A stretch of DNA of 64,000 nucleotides from the NCBI GenBank assembly GCA_021838715.1, contig JAKCCX010000006.1:7948-71947 (forward strand). The letters are read 5' to 3'. The stretch's first letter is position 1. Every line of letters begins with the position of its first letter. The DNA comes from Pseudomonadota bacterium. Its GTDB lineage: Bacteria; Pseudomonadota; Gammaproteobacteria; Burkholderiales; Burkholderiaceae_F. The position numbers and the translations under genes were made by a program. This document shows, piece by piece, positions 47,405-56,529 of this stretch. The notes beneath the pieces were generated by a model that searched no databases, was not told where the DNA came from, and saw only the letters and a list, made by a program, of their open reading frames with translations.

Positions 47405-48849
47405 GGCTCTTTCAATCCGTATCGGGACAGCTTCGACCGCAAGCCCACGCGGGACAGGCCGAGTTCGTCGGCCGCGCGCGTCTTGTTCCAGCGATGGCGC
47501 ACCAGCGCCTCCTTGATGACGCGCGCCTCCAACTGCTCCATGCGCTCCTTGAGTCCGCCGTCGAGCCCCGCCAGCAGCGACAGTTCGCGCTCCTCGGCCG
47601 CCTCGCCGGCGGCCAGCACCACGCGCGGGCTGAACAGGTCGGCACCCAGGCACTCGCCGTCGGCGAGGACCACCATCCGCTTCACTTCATTGCGCATTTC
47701 GCGCACGTTGCCGGGCCAGCGATACGCCCGCATGCATTGCAGCGCTTCCGGCGAAAACCCCCGCACCGGCATACCGAACTCCGACTGCGCCTGCGCGCGC
47801 AGGCTTTCGGCGATCGGCACGATGTCCGCCGGGCGCTCGCGCAGCGGCGGAACGCGCAGGGAGATTCCGGCCAGGCGCCAGTAGAGGTCCTCGCGAAACC
47901 GGCCCTGCCGAACCTCCTCCTCCATGTCCCGGTTGGTCGTGGCGATCACCCGCACGTCGACCGCGATCGGCCGGGGGCTGCCGACGGGCCGCACCTCGCC
48001 TTCCTGCAGGACGCGCAGCAGCTTGACCTGAAAAGCCGGCGACGTCTCGCCGATCTCGTCGAGAAAGATCGTTCCCCCATCGGCCTGCTGGAACAGGCCG
48101 ATCCGGTCCTCGACGGCGCCGGTGAAGGCGCCGCGCTTGTGACCGAACAGCTCGGCTTCGAGCAGGGAATCGGGCAACGCCGCGCAGTTCTCGACCACGA
48201 AGGCGCGATCGGCGCGCGGGCTGGCGTAATGCACCGCGCGCGCGAGCAATTCCTTGCCGGTGCCGGACTCGCCGGTGATCAGGATCGGCAGATCGAACGC
48301 CGCGACCCGTTCGGCCAGGGAACACACGGCATCGAGCGGCCCCCCGGGGTCGCGCACGATGCGCTCGAACGCGGCGCCTGCCTTGGCCTGCGCGCGGCGT
48401 TCGCGCACCGCGGCCTTCAGCGCATGCGGGCTGGTGCGCAGCTCCAGCGCCAGGCGCTGATTGTCCTGCTGCAACCGCCACAATTCCGCCGCCGAACGCA
48501 GCGTATGCAGGAGGTGATCCGGTTGCCACGGCTTGAGGAGGTACTGCCAGATCCCGGCTTCGTTGATCCCCGCGATGATGTCCTGCGCATCGGTATAGCC
48601 GGAGATCACGATGCGGACGGTGTCGGGCCAGTGCATCCGCACGAGTTTCAGGAACTCGACGCCCGAGGCTCCCGGCATGCGCTGATCGCAAAGCACGATC
48701 TGGACGAACTCGCGCTCCATGATCGCCTGCGCGTCGGCGGCGGACCCGGCGGTGAACACCGTGAAGTCCTCTTCCAGGGTGCGCCGCAGCGCCTCCTGCG
48801 AACGCACCTCGTCATCGACCACCAGTACCGCGGGAAGATCGGCCGGCAT
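47401..48849 (-). CDS. hoxA: NtrC-family response regulator HoxA/HupR (sigma54 activator of hydrogenase genes)
   Basis: Receiver domain (VLVVDDE...LCDQRMPG), AAA+ GESGTGKELLARAVH, GAFTGA and a C-terminal HTH. Trimmed to ATG 48849. Confidence 0.88.
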   Translation of the reverse strand: MPADLPAVLVVDDEVRSQEALRRTLEEDFTVFTAGSAADAQAIMEREFVQIVLCDQRMPGASGVEFLKLVRMHWPDTVRIVISGYTDAQDIIAGINEAGIWQYLLKPWQPDHLLHTLRSAAELWRLQQDNQRLALELRTSPHALKAAVRERRAQAKAGAAFERIVRDPGGPLDAVCSLAERVAAFDLPILITGESGTGKELLARAVHYASPRADRAFVVENCAALPDSLLEAELFGHKRGAFTGAVEDRIGLFQQADGGTIFLDEIGETSPAFQVKLLRVLQEGEVRPVGSPRPIAVDVRVIATTNRDMEEEVRQGRFREDLYWRLAGISLRVPPLRERPADIVPIAESLRAQAQSEFGMPVRGFSPEALQCMRAYRWPGNVREMRNEVKRMVVLADGECLGADLFSPRVVLAAGEAAEERELSLLAGLDGGLKERMEQLEARVIKEALVRHRWNKTRAADELGLSRVGLRSKLSRYGLKEP

Positions 48850-48866
48850 CCGCGTACACCACCCTC

Positions 48867-49940
48867 TCAACAAATTCTGGGCAATTGTTCGCCCGTCAGC
48901 CAGTCGACGATGCGCCGGCCACCGAAGCGCGTCGTCATCTGCACGAAACGGCGGTCGTCGGCGACCGCGACGCCGATGCGCGCGGCATCCCGACCCAGCG
49001 GATGCGTGCGCATCGCCGCCAGCGCGGCCTCGGCCCTGGCGGGCGGACACACGGCGAGGAGCTTACCTTCGTTGGCGACGTAGAGGGGATCGAAGCCGAG
49101 AAACTCGCACGCGGCGGCGACCGCCGGCTGCACCGGAATCGCCGCTTCATCGAGATGAAAACCGACCCCCGACTGGGCGGCGATTTCGTTGAGCGTCGTT
49201 GCCACGCCGCCGCGCGTGGCGTCGCGCAGGACGCGGACGTCCGGCACGGCGGCGAGGAGATCCGCCACCAGGCCGTGCAGCGCCGCGGTATCGGAGACGA
49301 TCGGCGAATCGAAGGCGAGGTTTTCGCGCTGCGACAGGATCGCCATGCCGTGCTCGCCGATCGACCCCGAGAGCAGCACCACATCGCCGGCGCGTGCATT
49401 GGCCCCGGCGCAATCGATTCCCTCGGCAAGATCGCCGACGCCGGTCGTCGTGATGAACACGCCGTCGGCCTTGCCCGCCTCGACGACCTTGGTGTCACCC
49501 GTCACCACCGGCACGCCGGCATCGCACGCGGCGCGGGCCATGGACGCGACGATGCGCACCAGATCCGCCAGCGGGAACCCCTCTTCCAGGATGAACCCGG
49601 CGGCGAGATAGCGCGGCTGCGCGCCCATCATCGCGACATCGTTGATCGTGCCGTGCACCGCCAGGCAGCCGATGTCGCCGCCCGGAAAGAACAGCGGCGA
49701 CACGACGTGGGAATCGGTCGACATCACCAGGCGCGCGCCCGCGCGCGGCGCCGGCCAGGGCAGCCGCGCGCCGTCGTTGCCGTCGAGGAATTCATTGTCG
49801 AGCCCGCGCGCGAACACCTCGCGGATGAGCTGCGCCATCGCCCTGCCGCCGGCCCCGTGCGCCATGTCGACGCGGCCGCCGCGAAGGTCCAGCGGACGCA
49901 CGTAGTCGGGTTTCCCTTTTGGGCTTGCGTTGGCGTTCAT
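48867..49940 (-). CDS. hypE: Hydrogenase maturation protein HypE
   Basis: AIR-synthase-like fold motifs (MAHGAGG, DTKVV) and the terminal PRIC. ATGA overlap with hypD. Confidence 0.93.
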   Translation of the reverse strand: MNANASPKGKPDYVRPLDLRGGRVDMAHGAGGRAMAQLIREVFARGLDNEFLDGNDGARLPWPAPRAGARLVMSTDSHVVSPLFFPGGDIGCLAVHGTINDVAMMGAQPRYLAAGFILEEGFPLADLVRIVASMARAACDAGVPVVTGDTKVVEAGKADGVFITTTGVGDLAEGIDCAGANARAGDVVLLSGSIGEHGMAILSQRENLAFDSPIVSDTAALHGLVADLLAAVPDVRVLRDATRGGVATTLNEIAAQSGVGFHLDEAAIPVQPAVAAACEFLGFDPLYVANEGKLLAVCPPARAEAALAAMRTHPLGRDAARIGVAVADDRRFVQMTTRFGGRRIVDWLTGEQLPRIC

Positions 49941-51049
49941 GCCGCCTCCCGGAACCGGCCATAGGTGAAATGCGCGGCGCAGGCGCCCTCGGACGAGACC
50001 ATGCACGAACCCACCGGATTCTCCGGCGTGCACACCGAGCCGAAGATCCGGCAGTCCTGGGGGCGCTTTTCACCCCGCAGGATCGCCGCGCATTCGCACG
50101 CCTTATGGTCCGCGACGGCCGCGTAGGGGACGTCGAAGCGCAGTTCGGCATCGAACTCCGCATAGGCGGGGCGAAGGCGCAGCGCGCTGCGCGGCACGGT
50201 CCCGAGGCCGCGCCATTCGAAGTCGGGACGCAAGGCAAACACCTCGGCCACCACCTCCTGCGCCTTGCGGTTGCCTTCGGGCGTGACGGCGCGCGTGAAC
50301 TCGTTTTCCACCTCGGCCCGGCCGTCGTTGATCTGCCCCACCAGCATGTGGATCGCGCGCAGCACGTCGAGCGGCTCGAACCCCGCGATCACGACCGGCT
50401 TGCCATGGTCGCGCGGGAAGGGTTCGTACGGCGCCGACCCGATGACGGTGGAAACGTGCGCCGGGCCGACGAAGCCGTCGAGGCGGACGCCCTCGGGCGC
50501 GGCGAGGATCGCGTGCATCGCCGCCGGCGTCAGCACGTGATTGCACAGGACGCTGAAATTCGACAGGCCCTGCGCCCGCGCGGCCCGCACCGCCACCGCG
50601 GTCGGCGGCGTCGTGGTCTCGAAGCCGATGCCGAAGAACACCACCTGGCGATCGGGGTTGTCGCGCGCGATGGCCACCGCGTCGGTCGTCGAGTAGACCA
50701 TGCGGATGTCCGCACCCCGGGCCTTCGCCTTGAGCAGCGACAGTCCATCGGATGCCGGTACGCGCAACGCGTCGCCATAGCTGCAGAGGATCACGCGGTG
50801 CGTCAGGGCGAGGCGGATCGCCTGATCGATGCGGCCGATCGGCAGCACGCATACCGGACATCCCGGGCCGTGGACCATGCGCACGCCCGGCGGCAGCAGA
50901 TCCAGGAGGCCGTAGCGCGAGATGGCATGCGTATGACCGCCGCAGAACTCCATCAGGCGATATTCGCGTCCGGCCTGCACGTCGCGCGCGATCGCGGCCG
51001 CCACCGTCCGCGCGAGCGCGCCGTCGCGGAATTCGTCGATGAACCTCAC
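49937..51049 (-). CDS. hypD: Hydrogenase maturation protein HypD
   Basis: FRD..., CGGHTH, GPGCPVCV and GFETT motifs. The GTG start forms a GTGA overlap with the hypC stop. Confidence 0.93.
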   Translation of the reverse strand: MRFIDEFRDGALARTVAAAIARDVQAGREYRLMEFCGGHTHAISRYGLLDLLPPGVRMVHGPGCPVCVLPIGRIDQAIRLALTHRVILCSYGDALRVPASDGLSLLKAKARGADIRMVYSTTDAVAIARDNPDRQVVFFGIGFETTTPPTAVAVRAARAQGLSNFSVLCNHVLTPAAMHAILAAPEGVRLDGFVGPAHVSTVIGSAPYEPFPRDHGKPVVIAGFEPLDVLRAIHMLVGQINDGRAEVENEFTRAVTPEGNRKAQEVVAEVFALRPDFEWRGLGTVPRSALRLRPAYAEFDAELRFDVPYAAVADHKACECAAILRGEKRPQDCRIFGSVCTPENPVGSCMVSSEGACAAHFTYGRFREAA

Positions 51050-51297
51050 CGCGGATCCTCCGCGACCGCGGCGTCGCCCGGCGCAGGAATCAGCGCGCGA
51101 AAGAGTTCGAGCGTACGCAGCGCCTCGTCGGTATCGAGTTTCTGCAGCGCGTAGCCGACGTGGACGATGACGTAATCGCCCACCGCGACCCCCTCCACCA
51201 ATGCCAACGAAATCTCCTTGCGCACCCCGCCAAGATCGACCGTCGCCATGTCCGGCGACGGAAGGTCCACCACGCGCACCGGTATTGCCAGGCACAT
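51046..51297 (-). CDS. hypC: Hydrogenase maturation chaperone HypC
   Basis: MCLAIPVRVV N-terminus with Cys2; 83 aa. Confidence 0.93.
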   Translation of the reverse strand: MCLAIPVRVVDLPSPDMATVDLGGVRKEISLALVEGVAVGDYVIVHVGYALQKLDTDEALRTLELFRALIPAPGDAAVAEDPR

Positions 51298-51300
51298 CGA

Positions 51301-53745
51301 TCATCTCCCCACGGTTTGCATCGCAACCCACGCCTGCCCCAGGCTCAGCCCGCCATCGTTGGGAGGCAGTTGCCGGGCTTCCAGAAACAACAATCCGCCT
51401 TCCCGCAGATGCGCGCGCAACGCCGCGCCGAGCAGGGAATTGAGCAGGCAGCCTCCGCCCCCGGCGACGAGCGTGACGCCGGTGCGCTCCGCGGCCCGGA
51501 TGACCCAGTCCGCCAGGGCCCGTGCCAGCATCGCATGGAACACCGCGGCGCCGCGCGCCGGGTCGCGGCAATCCGCCAGGAAGGCCAGCAGCGGCAACAG
51601 ATCGAGCGTGCCGTCGGGATGGATGCGCCAGAAGTCTCCGGCTCCCGCCTGCGGCAGCGGCGCGGCGGGGACGGTGCACGCCAGCCCCTCCAGCCGCATC
51701 GCCCCCTCCCCTTCATACGCGGCGTTCCCGCACACGCCCAGCAAAGCCGCGGCGGCATCGAACACGCGGCCCAGGCTGCTCGTCGGCGGGCTGCGCAGTC
51801 CGCGCGCGAGCATGTCGGCGATCGTCTGCGCACCGGGTTGCGCGGCAAAGCGACGGCCGATCTCGCCGCCTCGCCCCATGCGGTGCAGCGCGGCGGCCGC
51901 CATCCGCCACGGCTCGCGCGCGGCCCGATCGCCGCCGGGCAGCCCGAGCGGCGCAAGGTGACCGATCCGCTCGCAGCGCGCGCCGCACAGCCGCAGCAGC
52001 TCGCCTCCCCAGGCGCCGCCGTCCGTCCCCAGGCCGACGCCGTCGACGGCAAGGCCCAGCGCGTCGTCCTCCTCCCGGCCGTGCTCGGCGAGCACCGCGG
52101 CGATGTGTGCATGGTGATGCTGCACCGGAATCCGGGCGATCCCGTTCCGCTCGGCGAAGTCCGCGGCCAGGCGACTCGACGCGAAGTCGGGGTGCAGGTC
52201 GCAGGCGGCGGCCGTGGGTGCGACCGCGAGGATGCCCAGCAGGTGTTCCGCGGTGCGCTCGAGAAAACGCACCGTCGCGGCGCTGTCGAGATCGCCGACG
52301 TGCTGCGAGACGTAGGCTTCGTCCGCGCGCGTGACGCACACCGTGTTCTTGTACCCGGCGCCGAAGGCGATCACCGGCGGGCCTGCGCGCGGCAGCCGGA
52401 TCGGCTGCGGAACGAAGCCGCGGGCGCGCCGGATGAACCCCTGGACCGATCGCACGCTGTCGTCGCACCGCACGACGATCCCGCGGTCGTGATCGAGGAT
52501 CGCATCGGCGATCCGCGGGTTTCCCGCCAGACGTTCCGCGGCCTCGTCGTTGTCCGCAACCAAGGGTTCTCCGCCCAGGTTGGCGCTGGTCATGACGAGC
52601 AACAGATCCTGCGGCATGCGCAACCAGCCCGTGCCCGCGGGCCGCCCCGCCGCCTCGTGGAACAAGAGCCATTGGATCGGCGTCGCCGGCAGCATCAGGC
52701 CGAGGGTCTGCAGGCCCGGAGCGATGTCGGCGGCAATGTTTTGCTCCGCACCCTCACCCCCGCCCTCTCCCGCCTCCGCGGGAGAGGGGGCACCCGTGCC
52801 GCCGGGACATTCGAGCGGGCGGATATCCGCCCGCGGCGTGGCCTTGGCGCACAGCACGACCGGGCGTTCGTCGGACTCCAGCAGCGCGCGTTCGCCGTCA
52901 TCGATCTGCGCGATGCCGCGAAACGACACCGCGCTCGCCCCCATCACGGCAAAGGGCTTGCGTTCGCGCTCCTTGCGCGCGCGCAGACGCGCCACGGCCT
53001 GCGGGTTGCGCGCATCGCACGCCAGATGGAATCCTCCCAGCCCCTTGATCGCGACGATGGCGCCGCGGCGCAGCAAGGTCAGGGTCTGCGCGATCGGGTC
53101 GCCGACCTGCACGTTGCCGTTGCCGCCGTGCAGACGCAGGCGCGGCCCGCAATCCGGGCAGCACACCGGTTCGGCATGGAAGCGCCGGTCGCGCGGATCC
53201 GCGTATTCCCGCGCGCACGCCGCGCACATCGGAAACCGCGCCATGCTGGTCCGGGCACGGTCATAGGGCAGACCGTGCGTCAAAGTGAAACGCGGGCCGC
53301 AATGGGTGCAGGTGATGAACGGGTGGCGCCAGCGCCGCGACGCCGGGTCGAACAGCTCTTCGAGGCACTGCGCGCATACCCCCATATCCGGTCCGATGGC
53401 CGGCGCGCTCCCGGTATGCGCCCCGGCCGGCACGCCCTCGATATGCGCCGCCTTCCGCGCGTCGGCGGCCGCACTCGCCACGATCGCGAAGCCGCGTTCG
53501 CCCCGCGCCGGAACCGCATCGACGCGGATTGCGTCGATGCGCGCGTGCGGCGGGGCGTCGCGGTGCAGCCGCGCCACCAGTTCCCCAATCCGCGCCGGAT
53601 CCCCCTCCGCCGCGATCTCAACCCCGGATGCGTCGTTGCGCACCCAGCCCGACAGTTCCAGTTCCGTGGCGACGTGCCAGACGAAGGGACGAAACCCGAC
53701 CCCCTGGACCAGGCCACGGACGTGGATGCGGCGCCCTTCGATCAC
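51301..53745 (-). CDS. hypF: Carbamoyltransferase HypF
   Basis: Acylphosphatase start (IHVRGLVQGVGFRPFV), four CxxC zinc-finger pairs, and YrdC-like and Kae1-like domains. Start assigned to GTG 53745 (no ATG available). Carries an in-frame REP-like insert at 52748-52795. Confidence 0.9.
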   Translation of the reverse strand: MIEGRRIHVRGLVQGVGFRPFVWHVATELELSGWVRNDASGVEIAAEGDPARIGELVARLHRDAPPHARIDAIRVDAVPARGERGFAIVASAAADARKAAHIEGVPAGAHTGSAPAIGPDMGVCAQCLEELFDPASRRWRHPFITCTHCGPRFTLTHGLPYDRARTSMARFPMCAACAREYADPRDRRFHAEPVCCPDCGPRLRLHGGNGNVQVGDPIAQTLTLLRRGAIVAIKGLGGFHLACDARNPQAVARLRARKERERKPFAVMGASAVSFRGIAQIDDGERALLESDERPVVLCAKATPRADIRPLECPGGTGAPSPAEAGEGGGEGAEQNIAADIAPGLQTLGLMLPATPIQWLLFHEAAGRPAGTGWLRMPQDLLLVMTSANLGGEPLVADNDEAAERLAGNPRIADAILDHDRGIVVRCDDSVRSVQGFIRRARGFVPQPIRLPRAGPPVIAFGAGYKNTVCVTRADEAYVSQHVGDLDSAATVRFLERTAEHLLGILAVAPTAAACDLHPDFASSRLAADFAERNGIARIPVQHHHAHIAAVLAEHGREEDDALGLAVDGVGLGTDGGAWGGELLRLCGARCERIGHLAPLGLPGGDRAAREPWRMAAAALHRMGRGGEIGRRFAAQPGAQTIADMLARGLRSPPTSSLGRVFDAAAALLGVCGNAAYEGEGAMRLEGLACTVPAAPLPQAGAGDFWRIHPDGTLDLLPLLAFLADCRDPARGAAVFHAMLARALADWVIRAAERTGVTLVAGGGGCLLNSLLGAALRAHLREGGLLFLEARQLPPNDGGLSLGQAWVAMQTVGR
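52748..52795 (+). repeat. REP-like GC-rich palindromic unit inside the hypF coding sequence
   Basis: GCACCCTCACCCCCGCCCTCTCCCGC-CTCC-GCGGGAGAGGGGGCACC has an 11-bp stem. It is read in frame on the minus strand as [16 protein letters not shown]. Confidence 0.8.
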
Positions 53746-53764
53746 CTTGAAAGCCCCGAATACG

Positions 53765-54748
53765 CTACGGCCTGCCCTGCTCGCTGCGCGTGTGCCGGGG
53801 CTCCTGGTCCTCCGATTCCCGGATCCGCCGTTCGAGGTCGGCAATGCGCTGGCGCAAGCCGGCCATCGTTTCCGCCTGCGCCGCGCGGGCCGCGGCAACC
53901 CCGGCCTCCACCCAGGCACACCACGATGCCATCCCTTCCCCCGACTCCGCCGACACGCGGATGACCTCGATCGCCGGATTCACGCGCCGCGCATAGCCGA
54001 TTGCCGCCTCGACGTCGAAGCGCAGATGGGGAAGCAGATCGCATTTGTTCAGCAGCATCAGGCTCGCGGCCCGAAACATGTCGGGATACTTGATCGGCTT
54101 GTCCTCGCCTTCGGTCACCGACAGGACCGCGACCTTGTGGGCCTCGCCGAGATCGAAGGCCGCCGGACACACCAGGTTGCCGACATTCTCGATCATCAGG
54201 ATGCCGCCTTCGGGCAGGGCCGATTCCCCGGCGAGCCGGTCCATCGCGTGGCCGACCATATGCGCGTCGAGGTGACATCCCTTGCCGGTGTTGATCTGCA
54301 CCGCCGGAGCGCCGGTCGCGCGGATGCGCGCGGCATCGCGGTGGGTCTGCTGATCGCCTTCGATGACGGCGATCGGAAGCCGGGGCCGCAGCGCCTCGAT
54401 CGTCCGCACGAGGAGCGTGGTCTTGCCGGATCCGGGACTCGAGACGAGGTTGACCGCAAAGATCCCCCGGTCCGCGAGGCGCGACCGGTTCGCCCCCGCG
54501 AACCGGTCGTTCTTGGCGAGAAGGTCCTGCTCCAGCCGCACCAGGCGGGAGCGGCCGTCGTCGCCCGGACCTCCGGGGGCGTGCAAATGATCGTGACCGT
54601 GGCCAGGGTCATGGCCATGTTCGTGATCGTGGCCGTGGTCATGGTCATGGTGATCGCGGGCATGACCGGAGTCATGGGAATGATCGTGCCGGTGCGAAGA
54701 TCCTTCGATCCGGGCATCCTCGCCGCCGCAACCGCAGGTAGTGCACAT
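53765..54748 (-). CDS. hypB: Hydrogenase nickel-incorporation GTPase HypB with a His-rich N-terminal region
   Basis: MCTTCGCGG, a run of H/D residues ([38 protein letters not shown]), the GSGKTTLL P-loop and [12 protein letters not shown] 54748 is preceded by GGAG. Confidence 0.93.
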   Translation of the reverse strand: MCTTCGCGGEDARIEGSSHRHDHSHDSGHARDHHDHDHGHDHEHGHDPGHGHDHLHAPGGPGDDGRSRLVRLEQDLLAKNDRFAGANRSRLADRGIFAVNLVSSPGSGKTTLLVRTIEALRPRLPIAVIEGDQQTHRDAARIRATGAPAVQINTGKGCHLDAHMVGHAMDRLAGESALPEGGILMIENVGNLVCPAAFDLGEAHKVAVLSVTEGEDKPIKYPDMFRAASLMLLNKCDLLPHLRFDVEAAIGYARRVNPAIEVIRVSAESGEGMASWCAWVEAGVAAARAAQAETMAGLRQRIADLERRIRESEDQEPRHTRSEQGRP

Positions 54749-54759
54749 CGCCGCTCCTT

Positions 54760-55101
54760 TCACTCCACCTCGAGTTCGCGCACCCGCATTTCCGTGCCCC
54801 CGGTCACCTGCACCTGGTAACTCCCACAAAGGGGGCAGGCGCCCGCGCTGTCCGCCAGCGCCACGCTTCGGCCGCAGGGCATGCACCACGCCGTCCCGGG
54901 CGTGCGCAGCATTTCGAGCCGGGCACCTTCGGCAAGGCTGCCGCGCGTGACGACATCGAAGCAGAAGGAAAGCGAATCGGGTTCGACCGCCGCCAGCGCA
55001 CCGATCTCCAGCCAGACGGTCTTGACTCGACCGAATCCCTCCCGCGCGGCTGCCTCTTCGAGGATCTGCAGCACGCCATGCGCCAGCGACATTTCATGCA
55101 T
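54760..55101 (-). CDS. hypA: Hydrogenase nickel-insertion protein HypA
   Basis: MHEMSL start and the CMPCG...CPLCG zinc site; 113 aa. Confidence 0.93.
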   Translation of the reverse strand: MHEMSLAHGVLQILEEAAAREGFGRVKTVWLEIGALAAVEPDSLSFCFDVVTRGSLAEGARLEMLRTPGTAWCMPCGRSVALADSAGACPLCGSYQVQVTGGTEMRVRELEVE

Positions 55102-55131
55102 GGTCCATGCCTCACCCGCGCCGGTCCTCGC

Positions 55132-55341
55132 CTATATGGAGCGCAGGAACCGCTCCCGCGGCGCATCGCAGCAGGGGCACGCCCAATGCTCGGGCAGATC
55201 CGCGAACGCGGTGCCGGGCGCGACGCCGCCGTCGGCGTCACCCCGATCGGGATCGTAGATGTACCAGCAGATGCCGCACTCCATCCGGGTGTCGGCCGGA
55301 GGCGGCTGGTCGACCGCATTTCGTTCGAATCCTGCGCTCAC
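55132..55341 (-). CDS. hupI: Rubredoxin-type hydrogenase maturation protein HupI/HoxR
   Basis: ECGICWYIYDP...WACPCCDAPRERF (two CxxC pairs). Start set at GTG 55341, with GGAGG 6 nt upstream and 1 nt after the hupH stop. The track start at 55374 is a TTG inside hupH. Confidence 0.85.
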   Translation of the reverse strand: MSAGFERNAVDQPPPADTRMECGICWYIYDPDRGDADGGVAPGTAFADLPEHWACPCCDAPRERFLRSI

Positions 55342-55342
55342 G

Positions 55343-56218
55343 TCAATCCTCCACGGCGGCGAGCCACTCTCCAAGCCGCTCGCAACTGTCTTCGTAATCC
55401 TGCACCGCGGCCTGCGCGGCGATGGGCAAATCGACGATCTCGATGGTATTCAGAATCATCTGTCCCATGTTGTGGAAGTGTTGCACCCACCACACGTTTC
55501 CCAGACCGGTCGATCCGATCCGGCAACTGCCGTACCCGCGCGACAGGATGCCGATCGGCCCCCTTCCCAAGGTATCGCCAAGATACTGCAAGTCCTGGGG
55601 CGTGACCGGAAGCAGGGTCAAATTGATGACATGGGCGGGATCGCCCGGCCGCCAATGCGCGGCGCGATGCCGGATTTCCCGGATCAGGGCCGGGGAATTC
55701 ATCAGGCCGTCGGGCTCGGCGTCGGGCTCAGGATCAGGCTCGACCGTCCCCGGGGACGGCAAGGCCCGGATGCGGGCGGCGGCGGGGAATGCCCCCGTCT
55801 CGATCCGGTCCTCGGTCACCGAGCCGTCCGGCGCCAGAAGCTGGACGCGCCACACCGAGGGGAAGGCGGTCTCCTGGATGTGCACCGGCCGCGGGCCGTC
55901 GATCCGGCAGGACACCTCTCCCTGCCCCAGCAGATCGTTGACCTCGTCGACCACCGCGCGCGGCGCGTGCGTGAGCGAAAGAAACGGCGGTGCCGGCCGG
56001 CGGTCGCCTTCGTCCCACGGCGCGAACGGCACCGCCCGCATCCGCTCGAGCAGGGACGACACCAGCCGAACCGCTTCCCGCTGCGCGGCCTTCGATGTCG
56101 GGGCGTGCCGCGCCGGACGCTCGAAGGTCTCCATCCGGCCGGGCACGAATGAAACCTGCGGGCCTTCGGCCGATGCGAGGGATGCATCGGCCAGGACGGG
56201 AACGGGAAACGGCTTCAT
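55343..56218 (-). CDS. hupH: Hydrogenase maturation protein HupH/HoxQ (HyaF family)
   Basis: C-terminal block GNVWWVQHFHNMGQMILNTIEIVDLPIAAQAA. Trimmed to ATG 56218; ATGA overlap with the hupF stop. Confidence 0.8.
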   Translation of the reverse strand: MKPFPVPVLADASLASAEGPQVSFVPGRMETFERPARHAPTSKAAQREAVRLVSSLLERMRAVPFAPWDEGDRRPAPPFLSLTHAPRAVVDEVNDLLGQGEVSCRIDGPRPVHIQETAFPSVWRVQLLAPDGSVTEDRIETGAFPAAARIRALPSPGTVEPDPEPDAEPDGLMNSPALIREIRHRAAHWRPGDPAHVINLTLLPVTPQDLQYLGDTLGRGPIGILSRGYGSCRIGSTGLGNVWWVQHFHNMGQMILNTIEIVDLPIAAQAAVQDYEDSCERLGEWLAAVED

Positions 56219-56529
56219 GTCGTCCTCCGGAGCACGGCGGGCCACTGCGGTTCCCGCCCGATCAGATCGGCAAATGCATCATCGATCGCCGCGCGCGCCG
56301 CCGGACCGCCGGATTGCACCGCCGCCAACGCGTCCAGGGCCCGATCGACGGCGAGGGCGCGCTCCGCGTCGACGATCTCGCGCGCCGACCCGAGAAACCC
56401 CAGCACCCACCCGCCCACCGGGACCGGCCCGGTCAAGAGCGTATCGACCCGTTCGATGCCATTGCGGCTGCGGCACACCGCGACGGATCCTTCCATGCGC
56501 AGCACCTGCATCGGAATCGCCATGCACAT
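56215..56529 (-). CDS. hupF: HypC-like chaperone specific for the uptake hydrogenase, HupF/HoxL
   Basis: MCMAIPMQVL N-terminus; 104 aa. The start overlaps the hupD stop by 1 nt (TGATG). Confidence 0.8.
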   Translation of the reverse strand: MCMAIPMQVLRMEGSVAVCRSRNGIERVDTLLTGPVPVGGWVLGFLGSAREIVDAERALAVDRALDALAAVQSGGPAARAAIDDAFADLIGREPQWPAVLRRTT

